Shown piece by piece: positions 32,186 through 41,516 of a stretch of 64,000 bases of DNA. This DNA is from an archaeon. Lineage in GTDB: Archaea; B1Sed10-29; WALL01. Within the stretch, counting starts at the first letter, position 1. Every line of letters starts with the position of its first letter. The notes beneath the pieces were generated by a model. It had not been told where the DNA came from and ran no database searches. It was given only the letters and a program-made list of their open reading frames with translations. Made by a program: the position numbers and the translations under genes. The DNA lies in contig JBHOSQ010000004.1 of NCBI GenBank assembly GCA_042584585.1, forward strand, positions 8,786-72,785, read 5' to 3'.

Positions 32186-33301
32186 ATGAAGAAAATCGCT
32201 GAGGGAAGCCACGCGGTTGCAGAGGTCATGCGGCTGCTGAACCCGGCCGTGATGGCGATGTACCCAATCACGCCGAGCACCCACATCCCAGAAAAGCTAA
32301 GTGACTTTGAGTCTGACGGGGAGCTGGACGGCACAATCATTCGCGTGGAGTCAGAGTTTTCCGCGATGTCCGCATTGATTGGCGCGAGCGCCACAGGCGT
32401 GAGGACATATACTGCAACGAGCAGCCAGGGGCTTGCTTTGATGCACGAGGTTTTGTTCGCCGCGAGCGGCATGCGGCTTCCGATAGTTATTACGGTGGTG
32501 AACCGCGCGCTGAGCGCGCCGTTGAACATCTTCAACGACTGGCAGGACTCGATTAGCGAGAGGGACAGCGGGTGGATACAGCTGTACGGAGAGGACTCGC
32601 AGGAAGTCGTTGACTTAATGATTCAGGCGTACCGCATTGCGGAGGACAAGCGCGTCTTGCTTCCGGTGATGGTGTGCATGGACGGGTTTTTCCTGAGCCA
32701 CACTTACGACGTCATTGACGTTCCTGAAGACCTCAAGGGATTTGTGCCGGACTACAAAGCGAAGCACGCCTACCTCGACCCGAAGAAGCCATTGACGCAG
32801 GGGGCGTGGGCGATGCAGGAGCCGTACTTCGAGCTGCGAAAGGAGCTTGAAGTGGCTGTGGAGGCGTCGCTTCCCGTGATAAAAGAAGTTCATGACTCGT
32901 TTGCCAAGGCGTTCGGCCGGGGTTACGGCGACGGCGCGATTGACGTGTACGGCAAGGGCGACGTGGCGGTCGTGTCGATGGGGAGCATGTGCACGAACCT
33001 TAAGGTGCTTGCCGACAAGCTTGGGTTCCAAGTGGTGCGGGTGCGGTGCTACCGGCCGTTTCCCAAAGAAGAGTTGAAGAAGGCGCTGAAGGGGAAGAAG
33101 GCCGTCGCTGTGTTCGAGAAGGACGTCGCGTATGGGACGGGCCATGGCGCGCTTTACATGGACCTTGATGGGTTAGTGGACACGAAGATAGTCAACTTTA
33201 TTGTCGGGCTTGGCGGGCTGGACGTGCCGGTCAGCGAGCTCGAGCGGATGTACAAGCAGCTCCCAAAGATGAAGAGCGGCGAAACGGGGTGGCAGAGATG
33301 A
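32186..33301 (+). CDS. porA: 2-oxoacid:ferredoxin oxidoreductase, alpha subunit
   Basis: MKKIAEGSHAVAEVMRLLNPAVMAMYPITPSTHI...SEFSAMSALIGASATGVRTYTATSSQGL. Confidence 0.9.
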   Translation: MKKIAEGSHAVAEVMRLLNPAVMAMYPITPSTHIPEKLSDFESDGELDGTIIRVESEFSAMSALIGASATGVRTYTATSSQGLALMHEVLFAASGMRLPIVITVVNRALSAPLNIFNDWQDSISERDSGWIQLYGEDSQEVVDLMIQAYRIAEDKRVLLPVMVCMDGFFLSHTYDVIDVPEDLKGFVPDYKAKHAYLDPKKPLTQGAWAMQEPYFELRKELEVAVEASLPVIKEVHDSFAKAFGRGYGDGAIDVYGKGDVAVVSMGSMCTNLKVLADKLGFQVVRVRCYRPFPKEELKKALKGKKAVAVFEKDVAYGTGHGALYMDLDGLVDTKIVNFIVGLGGLDVPVSELERMYKQLPKMKSGETGWQR

Positions 33302-34185
33302 GCAGTGAAGCCATTTCTTCGGGCCACTCGGCGTGCGCCGGGTGCGGAGAGATCATTGGCGAGCGCATGGTGCTCGAGGCCCTAGGGAAAAACGTGATTG
33401 TTTGCCAGGCGACGGGGTGCATGGAAATCACTACGACGCCTTACCCACGGACCGCATTCAAAATTCCGTGGATTCACGTGACTTTCGAGAACGCTGCGTC
33501 CGTCGCGAGCGGGATTGTTGAGGCCGACCGCAAGCTTGGCCGCGACAGCACTGTTGTCGCGATGGGCGGAGACGGCGGCATGATGGACATCGGGATTCGC
33601 GCGGTGAGCGGTGCATTGGAGCGCGGGCATGACTTGATGGTGGTCGTGACGGACAACGAGGCTTACATGAACACCGGGATTCAGCGGTCGAGCGGCACCC
33701 CGAAGTACGCCGCGACGACCACATCGCCCGCCGGCAAGGCCATCCCGGGGAAGCAGCAGTGGAAGAAGCACATTGCGAGGATTGCTGCGGCGCACGGGGC
33801 GCCGTATGTCGCGACTGCGAGCATCGGGTTTCCCGAGGACTTGGTCGCGAAGGTCAAGAAGGCACAGTCAACCAAAGGCCCAACGCTGTTGCACATTTAC
33901 ACTCCGTGCCCGGTCGGGTGGGGGCATGACTCGAGCCAGACTGTTTACTACGCCAAGAAAATTGTGGAGACGGGTTTGTGGCCGCTGTACGAAATTGATG
34001 GCGGGCAGCTGAAGATAAACCAACGGCCCAGCTTCGCTCCGCTTGAGGACTATTTCACTGGGCAAAAGCGGTACAAGCACTTGAAGCCGGAGCACATCAA
34101 GGAAATCGGTGACCATGTCAAGGCTAGCTGGAAAGAACTGGAAAAGCAGGAAGCCGCTGGCGTTGACCTGATGGTTTTGCCTTAG
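33298..34185 (+). CDS. porB: 2-oxoacid:ferredoxin oxidoreductase, beta subunit (TPP-binding)
   Basis: GHSACAGCGE..., GGDGGMMDIG, TDNEAYMNTG. The ATG overlaps the porA stop (ATGA). Confidence 0.9.
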   Translation: MSSEAISSGHSACAGCGEIIGERMVLEALGKNVIVCQATGCMEITTTPYPRTAFKIPWIHVTFENAASVASGIVEADRKLGRDSTVVAMGGDGGMMDIGIRAVSGALERGHDLMVVVTDNEAYMNTGIQRSSGTPKYAATTTSPAGKAIPGKQQWKKHIARIAAAHGAPYVATASIGFPEDLVAKVKKAQSTKGPTLLHIYTPCPVGWGHDSSQTVYYAKKIVETGLWPLYEIDGGQLKINQRPSFAPLEDYFTGQKRYKHLKPEHIKEIGDHVKASWKELEKQEAAGVDLMVLP

Positions 34186-35753
34186 ACTTCTTTTTCTGTT
34201 TGGGCCTTGAGGTCACCGAGCTTCTGGATTATTTCTTTGGTCTTGGCGAGGTTTTGGAGTGAGACCGCGGTCTCGAGCGAGACAATGCCGATGTCAACCT
34301 TTGCCACGAGCAGGTTTAGCTTTGAAACGTCTTCGCCGGCTGCCTTGCCCGAGGTTAGTTTGGCCTTGGCGGAGTCGAGTATTTCACCCATTACGTCAGA
34401 GACTGCTTTGCCGAGCTTTTCCCACAGCAGCTTTTTCTCTTCGTCAGAAGATGCGTTGTTGAGGTCTTTCTCGAACGCGGTGAAGTATGATGACAGGCCT
34501 TTGTCGACCTTTTCTTCTTTCAGCGCGGCCCGGAGCTCGCGCATTTTGGACTTCACGTCCTTGGTTTGGGGCTCGGCCGCTTTTTTGCGGCGTGGCTTTT
34601 TGCCCTCGAGCTTTTCCAGCTCTTGCTCGAACTCTTCGCGGGAAAGCGTGGCGACGACTGCCTTGCGGACAAGCTCTTTCAGGCCTTTGTCGAACTCAAT
34701 CAAGTCCTGTTGGGCCTCTTCGAGCTCGCGCTCCTGCCGCTGCAGCGACTCAACGCGGTCCGCCATGACCCCCATGTTGTCGCTGAAGGTCTCCAGCTTT
34801 TCGCCAATGTTTTTTGTCTTCAGCTCTTTCGTGAGCGACGCCAGGTCCTGTCGGATGTCAGTGACTTCCTCAAGGTTTTCTGTGTTGCGCTCGCCCCACT
34901 CGACGAGCTTTTGCTGGAGCTTGACTACTGAACTGTTCAGGCTGCTGAGCTCCACCCGCTCTTTTCCGATGGTTGAGTAAAGGTCCTCGAATTCCTCGTT
35001 GTGCTTCAGGAGTGTTTGCTTGAGTTCCTCGAACTTGTCGATTGAGCCCGCGACCTGCCCGACCTGGTTCATGGTGCGCTCCATTTCTTTCTTGACTTTT
35101 TCGCCGGCCTGTGTCTGGGCCTCGACGGCCGAGACGCGCTTCAGCAAGCCGTTGAGTGCCGTGGCGTTTTCCATGCTTTCCTTGTGCCAGGCCTCAAGCT
35201 CGGTCTTGAGTGTCTTCATGAACTCCTCGCCTTCCATGCCCTCAGCGGACATGGAGCGGGGGGCTGCAGTGACTTTTTCCTTGAGTGCCGCGAGCTCGGC
35301 GTCGTGTTGCTGGTCCGCGGTGGTGGACGTACTGGACAATTCTTCCAGCTTGGTTTGAAGGGAGAGTATTTTTTCTTTTTCGGACTGGATTTTGGTGAGC
35401 TGCTCTTCGAGGGCAGCGCGTGCCTCGGGAGCTGCTTGAGCCAGCGGGAGTTTTGAAATGGTTTCCATTTGTGACTGGAGCCTGGCGAGCTCGGCTTTTA
35501 CCTCGGCCGACATGCCTGGCTTCTTGGCGGAGAGTGTCTGGACTTTGGTGGCCATGTCCGTGATTTCTTTCTGCAGCTCGGGGGGCACGGTCGTTTTGTG
35601 GGAAAGCAGGTCAAGCCGCTTGCTTAACGCGGCTATCGAAATCTGGTTTTTCTTGCTTTCCTCGTGCCACTGCCCAAGCTCGTCCTTGATGGACTTGAGC
35701 GATAAGGCGAGCTTCTGCATTACTTGCGCTGTTGAAACGTCTGCAGGCATCAA
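34182..35753 (-). CDS. Long coiled-coil protein with repeated Trp-containing modules (hypothetical)
   Basis: 523 aa, no TM segment, heptad-rich E/K/L/Q composition. Three related segments: DELGQWHEESKKN..., TELEAWHKESMEN..., QKLVEWGERNTEN... TATA TTTATAAATA at 35779-35788, 26 nt upstream. Confidence 0.6.
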   Translation of the reverse strand: MMPADVSTAQVMQKLALSLKSIKDELGQWHEESKKNQISIAALSKRLDLLSHKTTVPPELQKEITDMATKVQTLSAKKPGMSAEVKAELARLQSQMETISKLPLAQAAPEARAALEEQLTKIQSEKEKILSLQTKLEELSSTSTTADQQHDAELAALKEKVTAAPRSMSAEGMEGEEFMKTLKTELEAWHKESMENATALNGLLKRVSAVEAQTQAGEKVKKEMERTMNQVGQVAGSIDKFEELKQTLLKHNEEFEDLYSTIGKERVELSSLNSSVVKLQQKLVEWGERNTENLEEVTDIRQDLASLTKELKTKNIGEKLETFSDNMGVMADRVESLQRQERELEEAQQDLIEFDKGLKELVRKAVVATLSREEFEQELEKLEGKKPRRKKAAEPQTKDVKSKMRELRAALKEEKVDKGLSSYFTAFEKDLNNASSDEEKKLLWEKLGKAVSDVMGEILDSAKAKLTSGKAAGEDVSKLNLLVAKVDIGIVSLETAVSLQNLAKTKEIIQKLGDLKAQTEKEV

Positions 35754-35789
35754 ATCAGGGTAAGATAACCCGGGAGGGTTTATAAATAT

Positions 35790-36449
35790 TCACTTTCTAA
35801 GCCGGGAAAGCACCACAGCGATGCCCCTGGCCTCGCCCCCCGAAATGAAGGCGCGGGACACGACGTTTCGGAACATCTTGACCGCGTTCTCGGGGTTTCG
35901 GAGGCCGCTTGAGCCCGCGGCTTCCTTGAACAGGCGGACGAGGGTCTCCTTTTCCCGGGAATTTGACGTACGGCGCGTGCTGGTTTTGGAAGAAAAGAGT
36001 TCGTAGAATACGATTGCGGCGGCATGGGTGATGTTCATCACGGGATAGCCAGGGGTTTCTATGTGCACGACGGTGTCGCACGCGCGGAGCTCTTTGTTGG
36101 TGAGGCCACGGGACTCCCTGCCAAAGACAAGCGCGTAACGGCCCTTGGCGTGGGTGGAGGCAAGCTCGCGGGGAGTGAGGTAGGAGCGGGTTGTGTTGTT
36201 GTCGGTGCTGGGCTTTGCGGTCGTCGCGATTAGTTCGTCGAAGCCTTCCACGGCCTCGGCAAAGGTCTTGACGGTCTTTGCTTTCTTGACGATTTGGAAG
36301 GAGTGCATCGCGCGGGCTTTGGTCATCATGGTGACGTCGCACGGGTTCACTAGGATTAACTCGGACAAGCCGAAGTTGTTCATTGCTCTCGCGACAAAGC
36401 CGATAGTCCCTGGGTTTTCTGGTTCCACCAAAATAACTGTCCAGCTCAT
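35790..36449 (-). CDS. SpoU/TrmH-class tRNA/rRNA 2'-O-methyltransferase (TrmJ-like)
   Basis: MSWTVILVEPENPGTIGFVARAMNNFGLSELILVNP..., ALVFGRESRGLTNKEL, ETPGYPVMNITHAAAIVFYE (SPOUT knot motifs). Confidence 0.8.
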   Translation of the reverse strand: MSWTVILVEPENPGTIGFVARAMNNFGLSELILVNPCDVTMMTKARAMHSFQIVKKAKTVKTFAEAVEGFDELIATTAKPSTDNNTTRSYLTPRELASTHAKGRYALVFGRESRGLTNKELRACDTVVHIETPGYPVMNITHAAAIVFYELFSSKTSTRRTSNSREKETLVRLFKEAAGSSGLRNPENAVKMFRNVVSRAFISGGEARGIAVVLSRLRK

Positions 36450-36466
36450 TTAGCTACCCCTTTTAA

Positions 36467-36496
36467 GGGGGGCTGCGCCAATTGGCGCTGCCCCCC
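36467..36496. repeat. GC-clamped palindrome GGGGGG-CTGCGCC-AATT-GGCGCTG-CCCCCC (copy 2 of 2)
   Basis: Read directly (one T.T mismatch in the arms). Followed by AAGT, like copy 1. It lies in the divergent promoter region between 35790..36449 (-) and 36554..37882 (+). Confidence 0.7.
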
Positions 36497-36553
36497 AAGT
36501 TCATGATGTTTGGGCTAGTAGTTTTTTATATCCATAGATTGTATTCCAGCTTA

Positions 36554-37882
36554 ATGAAAAGGATTGCGGTAATGCTCTTGCTGCTCTTGGCTGTGGCCGC
36601 GGCAGAAGAGGTGTCACTGAACAGGGCTGCAACGCTCGCGGTCGTCGAGTACCCGGATTTGCAGGTCGCGCCGCAGAGCACGCCCGAGCAGCTGGCGGTC
36701 ACGGAAACCGGGAGCTACTGGATAGTCGAGTTCGACCAGGTTTGGGTGCCCGTGACAAGTGAGGGCGCAGTGCTAAAGGAACAGGAAGAAGAAATCATTG
36801 CCGCGTACAAAGTGCACTACGCGCTCCAGACCGTGTCGGGCCAGCGGGAGACAAACCAGTACCCCACGGCGGAAGAAGACACACTCACTTTGCTGCTCGG
36901 GGACGTAGAAAACAAGGAGACTTACTTGGTTTCGTACAAGGCACAGCTGCCCACCGAGCTTCAGGACGAGGCAGACTCATTGGTTACTGCGGCACAGGGC
37001 TTGAAGGCGGCAATACAGTCATCACGGTCCTCGATAGTCGCGCTGAAGGCGACCGAGACATCATTGTTCTCGAGCAGGGCGAGCTATTCTGACTTCGGGT
37101 CGTGGCGCACGGAGTTCGGGGCCATGCTTGATTCACTGGGCGCGGTGGCGGAAACAGGGTACGCGTACGACGACGGCAGGACGGAGTTCAACCTGGCGGC
37201 GACTGCGTTCGTCGAGTCAAGCAACAACACGGCACAAAAGCAGCTCGTGCAGGCGTTCACGGGCGGCATCGCGATATCAAACATTCCGGGGTCGCTTCCG
37301 GGCCTGGAGAGCACGGTGAGCCAGTGGAAATCCAATTGGCTTGACGTGCAGCTCACCGACGAAAAAATCGGGGAGAACGCGGGAAGCGTTTACATTTTGT
37401 ACCACGAGTTTTACAGCGGCGAGACGGTAACTGTGCTGCGGCAGGAGGCGTACTCCAAGGTGCAGGCACTGGCCGTGACCGTGCCGCTCATCCTTGGCGA
37501 CTTAACGCAGTGCGAAGACAAGCTGACGCCGCGGGAACAGACCCAGCTCAACGATCTGGACGAGGCGTACACAAAGGCAACCGACGCGTACAACGAGGGC
37601 CGCGGATGTGAGACCGCGCTGGACGACGAGTGCGCGCGGACCGCGTACCAGAACGCGGTTAGTTACTCCGAGGACGCGGCCGCCTTAGAGGGTGAATTGG
37701 GGGGAGCCGACTGCCCGAGCGCAACGCCGACCCCACAGCCAAACATTCTCGGGGATTTCCTTGGGTCTGTGTGGGGGATTGCATTCATTGGCCTCGTGGT
37801 TTTGCTGGTGGGGCTTTACTGGTGGAACAACCGGAAAAAGGAGGAGACTTATGATGAAGGCGAGTACGTTCCTGATTGGTAG
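36554..37882 (+). CDS. Hypothetical surface protein: signal peptide, large extracellular domain, short Pro/Thr stalk, C-terminal TM anchor
   Basis: From the ATG at 36554: MKRIAVMLLLLLAVAAAEE... C-terminus CPSATPTPQPNILGDFLGSVWGIAFIGLVVLLVGLYWWNNRKKEE. TATA TTTTTTATATCC at 36523-36533. Confidence 0.6.
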   Translation: MKRIAVMLLLLLAVAAAEEVSLNRAATLAVVEYPDLQVAPQSTPEQLAVTETGSYWIVEFDQVWVPVTSEGAVLKEQEEEIIAAYKVHYALQTVSGQRETNQYPTAEEDTLTLLLGDVENKETYLVSYKAQLPTELQDEADSLVTAAQGLKAAIQSSRSSIVALKATETSLFSSRASYSDFGSWRTEFGAMLDSLGAVAETGYAYDDGRTEFNLAATAFVESSNNTAQKQLVQAFTGGIAISNIPGSLPGLESTVSQWKSNWLDVQLTDEKIGENAGSVYILYHEFYSGETVTVLRQEAYSKVQALAVTVPLILGDLTQCEDKLTPREQTQLNDLDEAYTKATDAYNEGRGCETALDDECARTAYQNAVSYSEDAAALEGELGGADCPSATPTPQPNILGDFLGSVWGIAFIGLVVLLVGLYWWNNRKKEETYDEGEYVPDW

Positions 37883-38573
37883 CCTGCTTCTGATGGCGGT
37901 GGCCTGCGCGGCTTCGCTGGATGTGGACAACAGGCACGTTTTCGAGGGCGAGGAGTTCACGGTCAAGTACACTGCGAGCGCTCCGCTGTCGCAGCAGGAA
38001 GTGTCAATCGCGTTCGCCGACCAGGAAAAGTCCATCACTTTGCCAAGCATGGCCGTGGGGACTTTTTCGACTACAATTGAGTTCACTGCCCCGCAAAGGG
38101 GGACGTATGAAGTCGTGTCCGGGGAAGCGAGGGCTGTGGTGGAAGTCGAGCCTGCGATGGTCGTGCTCGAGGACGTTCGGGTCGAGCCGTCAAGCGTGTC
38201 GCCGGGCGACTCGGTGCAGCTGAGCTACACAATCCGTAACGACGGCGACGTAAAGGCTTACCACGTGAAGCGAAAAATCACAATAGCGAGTGACGCGTTC
38301 AGCTACAATTCCGAGGAAGACGAGCTGTACGGCGAGATGGGTCCCGGGGCAAGCCTCCACGAGGTCAAGGAAATCATGGCACGGGAAAGCGCTTCCGGCG
38401 ACGTGAACATACAGCTTACTGTCAGTTACGAGTTCGACAACGAGGTGCACCGCCGCGAGGAATGGGTGCGGCTCGGCGTGTCGGCAATGGACTTGTGGAT
38501 GGTCGCGGCTGTGCTCGTGGTTATTGCTGCTGCGGGGCTATTTTTCTCAAAGACCCAGCGGGCCGGCGAGTAA
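37851..38573 (+). CDS. Membrane-anchored protein with CARDB-like Ig-fold domains
   Basis: The ATG at 37851 is preceded by GGAGG. MMKASTFLIGSLLLMAVACAAS (signal), VEPSSVSPGDSVQLSYTIRNDGDVKAYHV (CARDB-like), C-terminal TM LWMVAAVLVVIAAAGLFF. It overlaps the upstream gene by 32 nt. Confidence 0.6.
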   Translation: MMKASTFLIGSLLLMAVACAASLDVDNRHVFEGEEFTVKYTASAPLSQQEVSIAFADQEKSITLPSMAVGTFSTTIEFTAPQRGTYEVVSGEARAVVEVEPAMVVLEDVRVEPSSVSPGDSVQLSYTIRNDGDVKAYHVKRKITIASDAFSYNSEEDELYGEMGPGASLHEVKEIMARESASGDVNIQLTVSYEFDNEVHRREEWVRLGVSAMDLWMVAAVLVVIAAAGLFFSKTQRAGE

Positions 38574-39131
38574 GCCGTCGCATTTGCCTGTGGCAAGCTG
38601 GGACTGGCCGCCGGTTATGGTGTAGAGGCAGTTCATTGTCATGCCCGGAGAGATTTCGGGGTTGGCTGAGGCGGTTGCCTTGACAAACACTTGGCAGTAG
38701 ATTCCCTGGTCCGTTATTTCATAGGAATAGGCCATGCCACGGTAAGAGCTGGTGTATTTCCCGGCCGCACACTCAAGGGTTTTTTGGACGCAGAACGTGT
38801 CGTCGCCGCAGTCCGCGGGGCCGCCGGTGAGCTGGAAGGCAAGGAATGCCACTACAGACAGGGCGGCAAGCACCGCGACAATCATCAAAAAGAGTTGTGG
38901 GAAATTGATTTCTTGTTTGGGCTTGGCGTAAAGCCTTGCCTCGGCACGGGACACAATCTTTTCCGAGTCGCCGAAGCTGTAGCCCTGTTCCTTCAGCATG
39001 GCCTTAATTGTCTCGCGCTTTTTGCCTGAGCCGAGGAGCCCGGCGGCGTTGTCGATGACTGCCTTGCTGATTTCTTTTTTTGACGCTTCCTCTATGTCTC
39101 CGAACTGCGTCAAGTCGACTACTTCGCCCAT
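38547..39131 (-). CDS. Hypothetical type II membrane protein with a Cys-rich extracellular domain
   Basis: 194 aa. Cytoplasmic N-terminus, TM LFLMIVAVLAALSVVAFLAF, then a domain with 6 Cys. TATA TTTATAAAA at 39156-39164, 25 nt upstream. Confidence 0.5.
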   Translation of the reverse strand: MGEVVDLTQFGDIEEASKKEISKAVIDNAAGLLGSGKKRETIKAMLKEQGYSFGDSEKIVSRAEARLYAKPKQEINFPQLFLMIVAVLAALSVVAFLAFQLTGGPADCGDDTFCVQKTLECAAGKYTSSYRGMAYSYEITDQGIYCQVFVKATASANPEISPGMTMNCLYTITGGQSQLATGKCDGLLAGPLGL

Positions 39132-39164
39132 CGGGAAGATGATAAGCGGGAATAGTTTATAAAA

Positions 39165-40262
39165 TCAGCGCTTGAGGTGCAGCTCAAGGACATCGCCATC
39201 GACCAGGATGTGGTCTGCGCCCACGGTCTGCCCGTCGAAGCGGGCGCTCTTGCCCCAGACCTTGGCGTACTGGAAGCGCGTCGCCCACTCGCGCCGGATT
39301 TTTCTGCAGGCGCCGATGACGCGGTGGTCTTTTCTCTTGAGGATAAGGGGCTCTTTCATGTCCGGGGCATCGCCTATCTTCTTCATGTAGACACGGATAA
39401 GCCCAAGTAAGTGGAGTATTTCTTCGCGGAGGGCGTCGAGGTTCTCCGCGGTTTCGGCCGATACGAGGAGCGCGCCGCTGGCTTCTTTCTTCAGCGCCGC
39501 GAGCTCTTTTTTGTTGAGAGAATCGATTTTGTTGATGACGACCAGTGCCGGGACGTACTTTCGGTTGCCGGTGATTGCGTCGATGAGCTGGTCGATGGTG
39601 ACGTCCTGCCGCATGACCACGTCCGCGTTGTGGATGCCGTACTCGTGAAAGATTTCTTTGGCGAATTTTTCGGTGAGGTGCGTGAGCTTGCACGACGCAA
39701 CGAAGTGCACTCCCCCACTGATTTTTTTCCTTATCGTGACGTCGGGGGGATGTTCGTTGAGGCGGAGGTTCGCGATGTAGAGCTCGTCAAAAATGACTTT
39801 TAGCTGGCCCGGCTTGTCAATCAAGGCTAAGACAAGGTCCGCGTTGCGGACCACGCTGAGTATTTCCCTGCCGCGGCCCTTGCCTTCGGAAGCACCGCTG
39901 ATGATCCCGGGGACGTCGAGCAGCTGGATTTTTGCGCCCTTGTACTGCATGAGCCCCGGGATGACGTTGAGGGTCGTGAACTCGTACGAGCCGACCTTGG
40001 ACTCGGCGTTGGTTAGTTGGTTGAGGAGGGTTGACTTACCCACGGACGGGAAGCCAACGAACAGCACGGTGGCGTCGCCCGTTTTCCTGACGGCGTAGGA
40101 TGGGCCAGAGTGCGCTGATTTCTTGATGGCGAGCTCCTGGCCTTCCTTGAGCTTCGCTATTTTTGCCTTGACCAGGCCGATGTGGTGCTGCGTGCGCTTG
40201 TTGTACTTAGTGTTCTTCAGCTCTTCCTCGAGCTCCGCGATTTTTTCTGCTATTACGGCCAT
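39165..40262 (-). CDS. DRG/Obg-family GTPase with C-terminal TGS domain
   Basis: GFPSVGKSTLLN (G1), DVPGII (G3), NKID (G4), and a C-terminal TGS-like ...WGKSARFDGQTVGADHILVDGDVLELH. Confidence 0.85.
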   Translation of the reverse strand: MAVIAEKIAELEEELKNTKYNKRTQHHIGLVKAKIAKLKEGQELAIKKSAHSGPSYAVRKTGDATVLFVGFPSVGKSTLLNQLTNAESKVGSYEFTTLNVIPGLMQYKGAKIQLLDVPGIISGASEGKGRGREILSVVRNADLVLALIDKPGQLKVIFDELYIANLRLNEHPPDVTIRKKISGGVHFVASCKLTHLTEKFAKEIFHEYGIHNADVVMRQDVTIDQLIDAITGNRKYVPALVVINKIDSLNKKELAALKKEASGALLVSAETAENLDALREEILHLLGLIRVYMKKIGDAPDMKEPLILKRKDHRVIGACRKIRREWATRFQYAKVWGKSARFDGQTVGADHILVDGDVLELHLKR

Positions 40263-40762
40263 GCCCTGAACACCACTAGCTCCTCGGTCAGTATGGACGT
40301 GGAGGAAACGGTTTCGTATTCGTAGCCCAGCTCTCCAAGCACGGACTTCGTTTTGTCTGTGCCTGTAATCGAGCTCTGGACAAAGAGTATTTGCCCGCCC
40401 GGGGTTAAATAATGTTTTGCCTCGGCGAGGAATCGGTCCAGCAGCTCGCGGCCAGTGGGCCCACCGTCCAGCGCAAGCACGCGGGGCTCCTCGTCCGGGA
40501 GGTACGGGGGGTTGAAGATGATTGTGTCGAACTTTCCGTCGATGTTTTCGAACAAGTCGGACTGGATTGCGTTGATTCCTGCGGCCTTGGCGGCGGCAAC
40601 GGCGCCGGTGTCGATGTCACAAGCAAGGGCCTCAAGGCCCAGCGCAATGGCAGCGCGAGCCTGAATCCCGTTTCCCGTGCCGATGTCGAGGACCCTTCCG
40701 CGTGCGTAGCGCTTTACGGCTTGCTCGAGGAGGAGCGAGTCCTCCCTTGGCTCATATACCAT
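40253..40762 (-). CDS. HemK/Mtq2-type N5-glutamine (release factor) methyltransferase
   Basis: VLDIGTGNGIQA (SAM motif I) and IIFNPPYLP (NPPY). Confidence 0.75.
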   Translation of the reverse strand: MVYEPREDSLLLEQAVKRYARGRVLDIGTGNGIQARAAIALGLEALACDIDTGAVAAAKAAGINAIQSDLFENIDGKFDTIIFNPPYLPDEEPRVLALDGGPTGRELLDRFLAEAKHYLTPGGQILFVQSSITGTDKTKSVLGELGYEYETVSSTSILTEELVVFRAWP

Positions 40763-40766
40763 GGCC

Positions 40767-41507
40767 TTACATCAGGGGGATGCTGCTGAAGGCGTTCAGC
40801 CCGAACAGCGTCGCAAAGATTGCGGAGAAGATAACAAGCACCACCAGTGCGGCAATGATTATGGCGCCTGATGGCAGCACGACCGCAACCCCCGCCTTGA
40901 GCATGTCGATTTGGTGGGCTTCCGCGGTCACCAGTATCTTCAGCCATACTGTGTAAAGCGCGAGCAGGAGGAGGATAAGAATCTCGCCCCAGCTGATTAT
41001 GACTGCGAGTATCGGAAGGACTGGCATAAAGACTGCCGCCAGGAAGTTAAGCACGCCCAGGATGATGGCCGCGAATATCATGAAGACGGTAAGCGGGTAG
41101 CACATCATTCCGAAGTGCATGCCGTATTCGGACTTGCCGCCGAGTAGCTTGGCCATGCCCCAGATCATGCCGTACCAAACGATTGATATGATGATGAACG
41201 CCAGGATTACCGGGAGGAAGAGTATGACGTAGGCCATTATCGCAATGATGGATGCGACAGCCGCCTCGACAACGACCTCGAGTGTCTTGCCGGTGAGCCA
41301 TGCCACGAGTGAGCCGACCAATTGGCCGACCGCGAGCAGTAGCACGTTGATTAAGCCCGCCAAAAAGGCAAACAGCACCATAAGCTTTACGCCGTCGCCG
41401 AGGCTCGCCTTTCGGACAAGCCGCCGGGCACCCATTTGGGGCCGGAAAACCAGCATCCTAAAGTCAGTGAATTTTTCGTTGAAGAAACTAACCACGCCCA
41501 TACGCAT
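40767..41507 (-). CDS. Multi-pass membrane protein (Yip1-like)
   Basis: 246 aa with about 5 hydrophobic helices after a short cytoplasmic N-terminus. The family call is from overall architecture only. Confidence 0.4.
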   Translation of the reverse strand: MRMGVVSFFNEKFTDFRMLVFRPQMGARRLVRKASLGDGVKLMVLFAFLAGLINVLLLAVGQLVGSLVAWLTGKTLEVVVEAAVASIIAIMAYVILFLPVILAFIIISIVWYGMIWGMAKLLGGKSEYGMHFGMMCYPLTVFMIFAAIILGVLNFLAAVFMPVLPILAVIISWGEILILLLLALYTVWLKILVTAEAHQIDMLKAGVAVVLPSGAIIIAALVVLVIFSAIFATLFGLNAFSSIPLM

Positions 41508-41516
41508 CTCCTGTGT

